35,473 bases of DNA. Origin: an uncultured Muribaculaceae bacterium (GTDB lineage: Bacteria; Bacillota_I; Bacilli_A; RF39; UBA660). The position numbers were made by a program, and so were the translations under genes. The notes beneath the pieces are model-generated. The model did no database searches. It saw nothing but the letters and a program-made list of their open reading frames with translations, and was not told the DNA's origin. This document shows, in pieces, positions 26,636 to 34,724 of the stretch. Each line of letters opens with the position of its first letter. Positions within the stretch are counted from its first letter, which is position 1. The stretch is from the NCBI GenBank assembly GCA_964473435.1, contig CAYYOP010000001.1:1-35473 (forward strand), read 5' to 3'.

Positions 26636-27856
26636 ATGGCAACTGGTTATTTAATTGTTGAAGTATATGAAGATAATGAGACTACGCCTATTGAGAGCGC
26701 TAGTGTTCAAATATTAGGTGAAGATACTAATATTAATGTATTAACTGACTCAAGTGGAAAGACTGAAACTGTTTCTTTAAATGCGCCAAATATTGAGTTT
26801 TCTCTAGAACCTCAAGAAGAGGTTAGGCCATATGCAGTTTATAGTATAAAAGTTCAAAAGGATGGATACGAAACAGATATTATTGAAGGAGTAGAAGTTT
26901 TACCTAATGAAACATCTATTCAAAAAGTGTTTTTAGAGCGAGGAAAAAAAGGAGTACATTATGAAGAGTTACCACCACACGTTTTATGGGGAAATTATCC
27001 TCAAAAAATAGAAGAACATACTCCAGAAAATCCAGAAATTAGTGAAGAAAGAGTTTACCCGTCAGTTTTAATTCCAGAATATATTATAGTTCATGATGGA
27101 ACTCCGCAAAACTCTGCAGCTAAAAATTATATAGTTAGTTTTCCTGATTACATAAAAAATGTGGCTTCTTCCGAAATATATAGTACTTGGCCTAAAGAAA
27201 CGATTAGAGCAAATATATTAGCAATTATTTCTTTTACTTTAAATCGGATCTTCACTGAATGGTATCCTTCTAGAGGTTATAATTTTACGATTACTTCATC
27301 TACTGCTTACGATCAAAAATATACACCAGGAAGAACTATTTTCAAAAACATTTCTGATGAGGTAGATGATATATTTAATCAATATATTAAATTTCCAAAC
27401 GTAAAACAACCTTTTTTCGCTCAATATAATGATGGTGTTAAAACTAATAACCCAGGTTGGTTATCACAATGGGGTTCTAAAAGTTTAGGTGATCAAGGTT
27501 ATGACGCTCTTCGTATATTAAGATATTACTATAGTCCAGACATTATTATAGAGACAGCAAAAGACATAGTTGGTTTACCTTTGTCTTTTCCTGGTTACAA
27601 TTTATCTGAAGGTTCTTGCGGTGAAGATGTTCAAAAGATGCAAAATGAACTTAATGTAATTAGTGGAAATTATCCAGCAATTCCAAAGATATTACCTGCT
27701 AATGGTGTTTTTAGAGCAGACACAAAAAAAACAGTAAGAAAGTTTCAAGAAGTATTTAATCTTCCTGTTACTGGGATTATAGACTTTGCTACATGGTATA
27801 AAATTTCTTATATTTTTGTAGCTGTATCTAAAATGTTAAAAGGCATTTATAATTAA
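26636..27856 (+). CDS. sleC: SleC-like spore cortex-lytic enzyme (N-terminal beta-sandwich/pro region, catalytic core, C-terminal PG_binding_1)
   Basis: The core PEYIIVHDGTPQNSAAKNYIVSFPDYIKNVASSEIYSTWPKETIRANILAIISFTLNRIFTEWYPSRGYNFTITSSTAYDQKY closely matches my recollection of clostridial SleC. The N-terminus GYLIVEVYEDNETTPIESASVQI is also SleC-like. The C-terminal G.DV..MQ.EL.......P.I...G.F...T...V..FQ..F.LP.TG..D..TW is a PG-binding domain. ATG 26636 follows a GAAAGGAA SD. Confidence 0.65.
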   Translation: MATGYLIVEVYEDNETTPIESASVQILGEDTNINVLTDSSGKTETVSLNAPNIEFSLEPQEEVRPYAVYSIKVQKDGYETDIIEGVEVLPNETSIQKVFLERGKKGVHYEELPPHVLWGNYPQKIEEHTPENPEISEERVYPSVLIPEYIIVHDGTPQNSAAKNYIVSFPDYIKNVASSEIYSTWPKETIRANILAIISFTLNRIFTEWYPSRGYNFTITSSTAYDQKYTPGRTIFKNISDEVDDIFNQYIKFPNVKQPFFAQYNDGVKTNNPGWLSQWGSKSLGDQGYDALRILRYYYSPDIIIETAKDIVGLPLSFPGYNLSEGSCGEDVQKMQNELNVISGNYPAIPKILPANGVFRADTKKTVRKFQEVFNLPVTGIIDFATWYKISYIFVAVSKMLKGIYN

Positions 27857-28773
27857 TTAGATAAAAAATTAAAGGTTTCTAATTGATAATTCATATAATT
27901 TGATTCTCTTAATATATGATCATTTAACAAAGGTATTGATGAAGCATAATATTTACTGTGGACAATGTTTTTAAGTATTGTTAAGTTATAATCAATAAAA
28001 TTCGTAGATGCTTTTTTTGTTCGTTTATTTATTCCACTAATAACGTTAGGCGATATTTCGTTATCAAAAACATCAATTATTTTTTGAAAATCAGTAACAT
28101 AATATTGAAAGAGTTCCGGATTATTTATATTAATTGGTGATACCATATTTTCTAAGTATTCTGCGTGTTCTTTCATAAATACATTATAATAATATTCACA
28201 TTTATAAACATAAGTTGGAGTAAATGTCATCATTCTATTTAAAAAATCTATAGTATATATAAAAATTTCTGTTTCATTTATTAAGTGCTCTATATAATTT
28301 GATGAAAAATATAAAATTGATATTTCTTCATCAATATTTTTTTGCAAACGTTCTAATATAATTTTAGAGTTTTTTAATTGTTCTAATAATTGATAATTTA
28401 TCTTTTTAATTTTTTCGTGGTCTTGAAAGTTATAATCATATGGTTCTTTACTATTTATTATTAAATCTAAACATTTTAAGTTTACTTCTTTTTCTTCTTT
28501 TACTTTATATAATCTGCAACTTTTTTGCTCCATTAAAACAGTATATTCTGTTAACAATATATTTCCTTCTAAAAATTTTCTACTAACTTTATCATAACTT
28601 TGTGAAATAACTAAAAGTAAGAGATCAGCATATTTTTTTTGTTCATCTTCAATAAGATTTTGTAATTCATTATCATTGAATAACACAAAAGACAATAAAA
28701 TTATTGCGTGATCTAATACTAATCTAGATACGACAAGGTTGTTTTCTAAAACTACCGATATATATTCTTTCAT
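27853..28773 (-). CDS. DUF2935-like helical-bundle protein (paralogue 3, retains His/Glu motif residues)
   Basis: YYNVFMKEHAEYLENMVSP and LLNDHILRESNYMNYQL match the two-repeat pattern I recall for DUF2935 (..m.EHa.fi...l.P and l.dH..RE...f...L). Last gene of the operon. The stop overlaps the convergent sleC stop by 4 nt. Confidence 0.5.
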   Translation of the reverse strand: MKEYISVVLENNLVVSRLVLDHAIILLSFVLFNDNELQNLIEDEQKKYADLLLLVISQSYDKVSRKFLEGNILLTEYTVLMEQKSCRLYKVKEEKEVNLKCLDLIINSKEPYDYNFQDHEKIKKINYQLLEQLKNSKIILERLQKNIDEEISILYFSSNYIEHLINETEIFIYTIDFLNRMMTFTPTYVYKCEYYYNVFMKEHAEYLENMVSPININNPELFQYYVTDFQKIIDVFDNEISPNVISGINKRTKKASTNFIDYNLTILKNIVHSKYYASSIPLLNDHILRESNYMNYQLETFNFLSN

Positions 28774-28785
28774 ATAATTGCCTTT

Positions 28786-29730
28786 TTAAGCTATATTACT
28801 ATCAAAATAATATACTTTATCAGGATCAAAAATATAAAAAGTTGAAAGATTTATTGACCGATACATATTATCTAAAAATATTGGTTCTATTATTAAATAA
28901 ACTTCACCTGCGAGTAATTGTTCTATTATTGAACTTAAAAATTCACCAAATCTTTCTTCTAAACGTCTTGCTTTAAGTGATAATAATCTTTGATTATCTG
29001 GTGACAATTCTAATTTTTTATATTCATTTAATAAATTATCTATTTCTATTATATACGATTGAGCTTTTATAATGAGATCATTCCTACTAGGATCGATAAA
29101 ACTTCTTAAAAACATTCCAAATCCTTTTAATAAATTTATAAATCTATATTCAAAATCAGATACAAATGTAGGATCTATTGTTGATTTTCTAATTAATCTT
29201 TCTAAAACTAAACTATATAGTTCTACTTCTTCAATCATTTTTCGTATTAAAAACGGATAAGAATACGAATATAATTGATTATTTGTTTCTTTGTTAAATA
29301 TGTCAGTTAAGAAATCTTTAAAATTTAATGCAATAACTAAAGATACTTTATTTATCATATCTAGTTCTTCTACAACCTCATTAGAAACATTTATTGCTTT
29401 TCCTGGTTTTAAGTTAGACATTTTTTCTATAGTATCCATTAATATACTTACTGAAAATAGTTTTTCAGTTAACTCGACAGTGGGTAATGTATATTTTGTA
29501 ACTAATGCTCCACTATTTAAAAAAGCTTCACTCAAAATACCATCAGCATAATTTAATAACTCATTGGTCAAATTGGTGAATTTATCATAAAAACTATGTG
29601 CTGTATTTTTATATGATTCATTATTTTCTAAAAATGAAAAGTTTATATTTAAACAGAATCCTCTTAGGGTTAATAAATTAACAAGTCCATTTGTTAAAGT
29701 AGTCGTTAAATAATTTTCATTGCTTAGCAT
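28786..29730 (-). CDS. DUF2935-like protein (paralogue 2, metal-ligand positions substituted)
   Basis: Clear paralogue of 30914-31843: YSYPFLIRKMIEEVELYSLVLERLIRKSTIDPTFVSDFEYRFINLLKGFGMFLRSFIDPSRNDLI versus YSYPFLLREVMEIMTLFEEVLERVIKKMPVSPTFISKYEYRILRIMENVSLFLSRMVDPSREDIY. ATG 29730 is preferred: AAGGA SD, 14 nt after the upstream stop. The ORF-track start at 29799 overlaps the hydrolase gene by 56 nt. Confidence 0.5.
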   Translation of the reverse strand: MLSNENYLTTTLTNGLVNLLTLRGFCLNINFSFLENNESYKNTAHSFYDKFTNLTNELLNYADGILSEAFLNSGALVTKYTLPTVELTEKLFSVSILMDTIEKMSNLKPGKAINVSNEVVEELDMINKVSLVIALNFKDFLTDIFNKETNNQLYSYSYPFLIRKMIEEVELYSLVLERLIRKSTIDPTFVSDFEYRFINLLKGFGMFLRSFIDPSRNDLIIKAQSYIIEIDNLLNEYKKLELSPDNQRLLSLKARRLEERFGEFLSSIIEQLLAGEVYLIIEPIFLDNMYRSINLSTFYIFDPDKVYYFDSNIA

Positions 29731-29743
29731 ATTTTCCTTCTTT

Positions 29744-30172
29744 CTAACATTGTCCTTCTTCTGGAACATAAAAACAATGATTTTTGTATTTTCCAACATT
29801 TTGTTGATTAAACCACGTTGTTAAACATTCTTCATCTTTTTTAGGAGCATAAAACCACAATGCGCGAGATGCTGGCCAAAATTTTTCACCTTCAAGTACT
29901 CTTTTAGCAAGTTCTTGCTCCTCTGGAGTTGAAGAAAGTTTAAATAAATCACTTTTTATTCCGGCAAAACCTCCAGGTGTTTGAAATATTACTTCTTGAA
30001 CTGTTGTTATTTTTTCAAAATCAGGTGAATTACATAATACTCTGTTTACTACTACGTTTCCTACTAATAGCATTCCATATTCTCCTTCACCAATTGCTTC
30101 TGCTCTCATTAATCTTGCTAATAAATCTATATCTGTATTTGTATAATCTTCTATTTTATCTTTCGATCTCAT
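29744..30172 (-). CDS. Cell-wall hydrolase, SleB/CwlJ (Hydrolase_2) family
   Basis: DIDLLARLMRAEAIGEGEYGMLLVGNVVVNRV.........T..EVIFQ.PGGF............P......LA..VL.G is the CwlJ/SleB catalytic-domain pattern. 142 aa, CwlJ-sized, with no PG-binding domain. The start overlaps the LysM gene by 17 nt. Confidence 0.8.
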   Translation of the reverse strand: MRSKDKIEDYTNTDIDLLARLMRAEAIGEGEYGMLLVGNVVVNRVLCNSPDFEKITTVQEVIFQTPGGFAGIKSDLFKLSSTPEEQELAKRVLEGEKFWPASRALWFYAPKKDEECLTTWFNQQNVGKYKNHCFYVPEEGQC

Positions 30173-30869
30173 TTTCTTTTCTCTTAGGAACTAAAATTTG
30201 CTGGCCAATAGTTAGATTATCAGATGATAAATTATTTATTTTTTTTAATTCATCAATAGAACTATTATGATTAATGCTAATTGAATATAGACTGTCGCCC
30301 GGAATTACTGTATAAACATCAGTTTCAGCTGTTGTTTGCGGACTTTCTGCTTTAATGAATAACTTTGTACCTAAAGACAAAAAATCGTTATCTAAATGGT
30401 TTAAATCCATAATTTGTTTTATTGTTGTATTATATTCTTGTGCTATAGAATATAAAGAATCTCCTTTTTTTACAATATATATTACTTCATTAGTTAACAA
30501 AGGTGGGTTATTATATACAAAAATTGTTTCACCTATTTGGATATCATCTTTAAGCATATTATTAATCTCTAATACCTCATTAGGTGTCATTCCATAATTA
30601 TAAGCAATACTATAAATAGTATCATTTTTTTGAACAGTGTATCTTTTATACAAATCTTCGTTATTTGGATTATAAATATTATCTACAATTATTATTTCTC
30701 CTGGGTGTAAAAGATCACTTTTCATGTGATTCAATTCTTTTAATTTATTTACTGTTGTATCAAATCTAGAAGCTATTTCATATAAATTATCATTTGGTTC
30801 AATTATGTATTGAGTTCCAAAATTAGAATCAGAATTTGCTCTGATTAATTCATAGTATTTAATATGCAA
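30156..30869 (-). CDS. 4 x LysM domain protein
   Basis: Four Y.V..GD.LY.IA......T...L..LN.L....L..G..I.V modules and no other domain. TTG start, with GGGGTGAT SD at ideal spacing. Confidence 0.85.
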   Translation of the reverse strand: MHIKYYELIRANSDSNFGTQYIIEPNDNLYEIASRFDTTVNKLKELNHMKSDLLHPGEIIIVDNIYNPNNEDLYKRYTVQKNDTIYSIAYNYGMTPNEVLEINNMLKDDIQIGETIFVYNNPPLLTNEVIYIVKKGDSLYSIAQEYNTTIKQIMDLNHLDNDFLSLGTKLFIKAESPQTTAETDVYTVIPGDSLYSISINHNSSIDELKKINNLSSDNLTIGQQILVPKRKENEIER

Positions 30870-30913
30870 TTTATCACCCCTTATAATAAAATATGATTTT
30901 GATTGGCATTTTA

Positions 30914-31843
30914 CTAATATTCTTTAGCAGATTCTTCAGTTAAGAGAATATTATATAAAGAATAGTTTGCACCTCGATAAAAATCATCGATAAACATAGG
31001 CTCTACTATAAAATACGCTTTTTTATTTAATAATTCTTTTATACAATAACCTAAGTACTTAGAATATCTCTCGAATAACTTTTTACTTTTTAAATTTAAT
31101 GTTTTTTGTTTGTTTGGATTTAAATGTTCTTTAAAAAAATAGTTTTTTATAACCTTAAATTCTTTACTATATGAATTTAAGGTTATATATATGTCTTCTC
31201 TAGATGGATCTACCATTCTAGAGAGAAATAATGACACATTTTCCATTATTCTTAATATTCGATATTCATATTTAGATATAAATGTTGGACTAACTGGCAT
31301 TTTTTTTATGACTCTTTCTAATACCTCTTCAAACAGAGTCATTATTTCCATCACTTCTCTTAATAAAAATGGATAAGAATAAGAAAATATTTGTTGATTT
31401 TTTTTCAACTCAAATATGTTTCTTAAAAATTCTACAAATTGATTTAAAAAATCACAAGTCTGTTTACTTACTATCATCATTAAATCTACTAACTCAGAAG
31501 TTATTTCTTTATCATTTAAAGTTTTATCTAATTTACTTAATTCTTTTATTATTGTTGTATCTAAATTTATATTAAACAATTTATTAGTTAAATCATTGCA
31601 TTCCATAGTATACTCAGTAACAATAAATTTGTTTTTTATTGCTAGTTTAGGAACAAAACCTACTGCTTCTGATATAAATAAATTTAGTATTTCTTCACTT
31701 TTTTCAACAAATGTTTTTGCTTGATTTATAAGTTCTCTATCTAAAAATGAAAGAGTTATATTTAATGAATACGCTCTAACATTTAGTAAATAAAAAACAT
31801 TTGTTGTAATAGCTTGTATTACAAATTCTTTATCTGTTAACAT
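30914..31843 (-). CDS. DUF2935-like protein (paralogue 1, metal-ligand positions substituted)
   Basis: See 28786-29730 for the paralogue alignment. ATG 31843 (MLTDKEF) follows AAAGAGG. The TTG 31858 start in the ORF track lies inside that SD. First gene of the operon. Confidence 0.5.
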   Translation of the reverse strand: MLTDKEFVIQAITTNVFYLLNVRAYSLNITLSFLDRELINQAKTFVEKSEEILNLFISEAVGFVPKLAIKNKFIVTEYTMECNDLTNKLFNINLDTTIIKELSKLDKTLNDKEITSELVDLMMIVSKQTCDFLNQFVEFLRNIFELKKNQQIFSYSYPFLLREVMEIMTLFEEVLERVIKKMPVSPTFISKYEYRILRIMENVSLFLSRMVDPSREDIYITLNSYSKEFKVIKNYFFKEHLNPNKQKTLNLKSKKLFERYSKYLGYCIKELLNKKAYFIVEPMFIDDFYRGANYSLYNILLTEESAKEY

Positions 31844-31912
31844 ATAACCTCTTTTCAAATTAAACCTATAATAAAATTATGCAACAACAATTTTATTATC
31901 CATTTTATTGAA

Positions 31913-31939
31913 TAAAAAAAAAGATTTAATGAAATCTTT
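31913..31939 (-). terminator. Rho-independent terminator after the DUF11-type ORFs
   Basis: Minus-strand AAAGAUUU-CAUU-AAAUCUUU (8 bp stem) followed by a U8-9 run. Confidence 0.65.
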
Positions 31940-31947
31940 AATTTTTA

Positions 31948-32124
31948 TTAAAAGAAATTAATGGTACTATCATAATCTATTTCTGATGCTAAAATAGAAT
32001 TTTCATTTAAATTTATTTGATAATTTGTTATGTCTATGCTTCCAACTATGTATGATGAGTTTAAGATATATTCTTGTACTTGATTTTTATTCCAATGTCT
32101 AATTAATAAAAAACTAAAATTCAA
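31948..32124 (-). CDS. Possible small ORF (58 aa, TTG start), just below the ORF-track cut-off
   Basis: Open frame LNFSFLLIRHWNKNQVQEYILNSSYIVGSIDITNYQINLNENSILASEIDYDSTINFF starts 5 nt after the upstream stop and ends just before the terminator. No SD. Confidence 0.3.
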   Translation of the reverse strand: MNFSFLLIRHWNKNQVQEYILNSSYIVGSIDITNYQINLNENSILASEIDYDSTINFF

Positions 32125-32128
32125 CTTT

Positions 32129-32470
32129 TTATTTTTTTATATAAACCTTATTGTATTGCTTATTTGTTTTTTCCAGATAACAAATTAATAGTTTTGGGTC
32201 AATTGTTTTATTATATTTTATATTTATAAACTCTTTTTGTTCTATTTCACTTTTTTCATATATGAAATTATTATTATTATCTTTGATTTTTAAACAATAT
32301 AGCGATTCGCCAGTATTATTAAATATTTTAATAAATACTTCTGTGTCACTTTCACTAATACATAAATTTAAAATTAAATTATAAATATTAACTTTAACTA
32401 CATTACTATCCTGAGAAATATTTTCAATATTATTCCAATCATAAGTTATATTAGCAATGTTTTCGATCAT
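32129..32470 (-). CDS. Hypothetical protein resembling a DUF11/CARDB-like beta-sandwich module
   Basis: IANITYDWNN....SNVVKVNIY then SDTEVFIKIFNNTGESLYCLKIKD resembles the N.A.v.Y...SN.v.v.v / GD.v.y.i.v.N.G module pattern. The start overlaps the upstream stop (TAATG). Confidence 0.5.
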   Translation of the reverse strand: MIENIANITYDWNNIENISQDSNVVKVNIYNLILNLCISESDTEVFIKIFNNTGESLYCLKIKDNNNNFIYEKSEIEQKEFINIKYNKTIDPKLLICYLEKTNKQYNKVYIKK

Positions 32471-32766
32471 TAATTTACTGTTACTTCAAATGTTATAGTA
32501 ACTGTTTCATTTGGATTAATATCTGGAATAATAAATCCTACATTTGGATCAAATGATGGTTCTGATGTACTATTTATAATTATTGTATAAGTTAAAACAT
32601 CTCCTATGGTTGCATAATTTTTGTCAACAGATTTTATCATTCTTAATTCTCCAAGCACTAAATCAACCTCTGTTTCATTACTTTCAATAGTATTACTTAA
32701 ATCTGGGCCAGTGGGATTAATTCTATATTGATAATCTATCTCTGCTTGATTTCTTATTTCATTCTT
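32470..32766 (-). CDS. DUF11 (conserved repeat domain) protein with no canonical start codon; possible pseudogene
   Basis: KSVDKNYATIGDVLTYTIIINSTS...P.....ETVTITFEVTV is the DUF11 pattern. The frame stays open for 40 codons upstream of the ORF-track GTG (32658), up to TAA 32781-32779. This region encodes NQAEIDYQYRINPTGPDLSNTIESNETEVDLV. AAGGAGG (32783-32777) lies 7 nt before codon AAG (32766-32764). The only ATG (32762-32760) is out of frame and reads ATG AAA TAA. Confidence 0.55.
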   Translation of the reverse strand, partial: KNEIRNQAEIDYQYRINPTGPDLSNTIESNETEVDLVLGELRMIKSVDKNYATIGDVLTYTIIINSTSEPSFDPNVGFIIPDINPNETVTITFEVTVN

Positions 32767-32891
32767 GAAAAGACCTCCTTACTAGTACATATATGCTGTT
32801 AATATAAATGTTAAAAGTTGAAATACCTATAAAATGATACTTTTTCTTTTATTTTATTAAATTCAAACCATAATAATTATAGGTGATAGTT

Positions 32892-34379
32892 TTGAATTCA
32901 ATATGGTTAAAAGATTATAAAAATTATAATTTAAAAAGTATATCTAAAGATGCTAATACTCCAGTTTTAATAATTGGAGGGGGACTTGCAGGTATAATGT
33001 GTGCTTATCATTTCAGTAAAGAGAAAATAGATTTTATTTTAATTGAAAGTAAGAAATTAGGTAGAGGAGTAACTGCCGGAACAACAGCCCAGGTAACATA
33101 TGCTCACTCAAATCTCTATGATGATATTAAAAAAGTTCAAGGATTAAAAAAAGCGAAAGAGTATTTGCAATCTCAGATAGAAGGCTTTAATATAATGAAA
33201 AATATTATTAAAGATGAAAATATAAATTGTGATTATAAAGAAGAAAGTACTGTGATTGGTGCTAGTACTGAAAAAGGTTTAAAAATTCTTAATAATACTT
33301 ATGATGTAGTAAAAGATTTTAATATTGTTAGTCCAGTACTTTATAAAGAAGATTTCATTAAAAATAAAAAAACTTTAAACTTTAAAAATCAATTTATTGT
33401 AAACTCTGCTAAATATATAAACGGAATTATAGATATTTTAATTAAAAATAATTCAAAAATATATGAAGACTCCCAAGCAACAAAGATTAATAAAATAGAT
33501 AATGGTTACGAAGTAGTTATAAATAAAAAACATATCATAAAAGCCAATACTGTAGTAATGGCTTGTCATTATCCACCATTTAATATTGCTAATTTATATT
33601 TTACGAAAATATATCAAAGTAAATCTTATCAGATGGCTTTTAAAACTAATCTTAAATTAAAAGCCAATCACGTCTCTTTAGATAAGCCTTATTATTATTT
33701 TAGAACTTATGATAAAGATACTTTAATAATAGGAGGAAGCGATCATTACACTGGTATTAATAATGATATTAAAACTTGTTATAAAACTTTGGAAGATAAA
33801 ATATATCAGTTAGATGAAAAAGCAGTGATAACTCATAAGTGGTTTACAGAAGATTGCATTGTAATAGATTCACTTCCATTTGTTGGACACTACTCAAATA
33901 ATAACAAAGATATGATATTAGTAACCGGATTTGCTAAATGGGGTTTTACAAATAGTCATATAGCAGCCAAAAATGTGACTAATATGTTACTTAATAAAAA
34001 ACATGATCAGTTATATAAAACTAATCGATATACTTTGTTAAAGAACTTAAAAAGCACTGGGAGAATGATTGCTCACAGCGTTGATGGTTTACTTCTTAGT
34101 AAATTATGTATTAAAAAAGAAAATATTGAAGATATTCAAATAGGTAGTGGAAAATCATTAAGATCAAATAATAAAAATATATTAGTTTATCGAGAAAGTG
34201 AAGACGATTATATATTTTTAAAAAATAAATGTACTCACATGGGTTGCTCTTTAATCTGGAACGATGTAGATAAACTATGGGAATCAAAGTGCCATGGCTC
34301 TATATTTGATAGATATGGTCATGTTATATATGGTCCAGCAATTAATAATTTAGAAATATTAAATTTTGATAAGAGTTAA
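32892..34379 (+). CDS. FAD-dependent oxidoreductase fused to a C-terminal Rieske [2Fe-2S] domain (B. subtilis YhfW-like architecture)
   Basis: N-terminal dinucleotide fold VLIIGGGLAGIMCAYHF. C-terminal Rieske ligands CTHMGC ... CHGSIFDRYGHVIYGPA. TTG 32892 lies 5 nt after AGGTGA. The GTG 32883 start in the ORF track lies inside that SD. Confidence 0.8.
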   Translation: MNSIWLKDYKNYNLKSISKDANTPVLIIGGGLAGIMCAYHFSKEKIDFILIESKKLGRGVTAGTTAQVTYAHSNLYDDIKKVQGLKKAKEYLQSQIEGFNIMKNIIKDENINCDYKEESTVIGASTEKGLKILNNTYDVVKDFNIVSPVLYKEDFIKNKKTLNFKNQFIVNSAKYINGIIDILIKNNSKIYEDSQATKINKIDNGYEVVINKKHIIKANTVVMACHYPPFNIANLYFTKIYQSKSYQMAFKTNLKLKANHVSLDKPYYYFRTYDKDTLIIGGSDHYTGINNDIKTCYKTLEDKIYQLDEKAVITHKWFTEDCIVIDSLPFVGHYSNNNKDMILVTGFAKWGFTNSHIAAKNVTNMLLNKKHDQLYKTNRYTLLKNLKSTGRMIAHSVDGLLLSKLCIKKENIEDIQIGSGKSLRSNNKNILVYRESEDDYIFLKNKCTHMGCSLIWNDVDKLWESKCHGSIFDRYGHVIYGPAINNLEILNFDKS

Positions 34380-34385
34380 TCATTA

Positions 34386-34694
34386 TTATTGAAAAGGAAG
34401 AACAAAATTATCAAAAGTACTTTGATTCCAGGTTTGGATAGGATTAAATACATCAATAACCATTTTTTGTAAATCATTTTGAATTAGATTATCTGAATAA
34501 CTAGCCCAAAATGATATCTTTTTATCAATATCAATTTCAGAAATTGAAAGTGTAATACAAGAACTTTCTTTTTTATTGGTAAAACACAGTTTATAATCAA
34601 CTAGATAAAGACCGTTCCAATAACTTTTTATAAATTTGAAACTATTATATTCTACACCTATATCTTTTAAATTTTGTAAATTCTCAATGAACAA
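34386..34694 (-). CDS. Hypothetical 102 aa ORF, probably the detached C-terminal domain of the upstream XRE membrane regulator
   Basis: TTG start with no SD. It is in the same frame as 34725-35222 and separated from it by one TAG plus 10 sense codons (RTPVIGYSKK). Confidence 0.45.
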   Translation of the reverse strand: MFIENLQNLKDIGVEYNSFKFIKSYWNGLYLVDYKLCFTNKKESSCITLSISEIDIDKKISFWASYSDNLIQNDLQKMVIDVFNPIQTWNQSTFDNFVLPFQ

Positions 34695-34724
34695 CTTTTT
34701 TGAATAGCCGATAACTGGAGTTCG

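Noticed and set aside
3274-31575. Other short antisense ORFs in the track: 3274-3459, 3780-3977, 5300-5506, 6247-6429, 9037-9231, 10456-10644, 11312-11500, 11851-12048, 13352-13546, 14622-14906, 18650-18835, 25021-25224, 29072-29260, 29291-29551, 29977-30270, 30355-30597, 31191-31376, 31369-31575, and also 34906-35163
   Set aside because: Each is embedded antisense in a longer ORF that has recognisable domains or an SD. Their translations are Leu/Ile/Phe/Ser/Asn-rich, as expected from reading AT-rich coding DNA backwards.
7502-31858. Longer ORF-track starts at 7519, 8956, 13016, 16249, 18922, 22070, 26570, 29799, 31858 and 32883
   Set aside because: In each case, the upstream start lies inside or immediately on the Shine-Dalgarno sequence that serves a downstream ATG or TTG, or it overlaps the preceding gene extensively. 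The downstream start has canonical SD spacing.
31859-31912. Sporulation-sigma promoter upstream of the DUF2935 operon (a CATAATTT element about 45 nt before the start)
   Set aside because: Only a partial match to the sigma-E/sigma-K -10 consensus (CATACA-T or CATA---TA). I could not place a convincing -35, so it is too weak to call from sequence alone.
23439-34386. Convergent gene pairs with overlapping or nearly abutting 3' ends and no intergenic terminator (23439-23455, 27853-27856, 34379-34386)
   Set aside because: This is real but probably just genome compaction. I see no structure suggesting antisense regulation.
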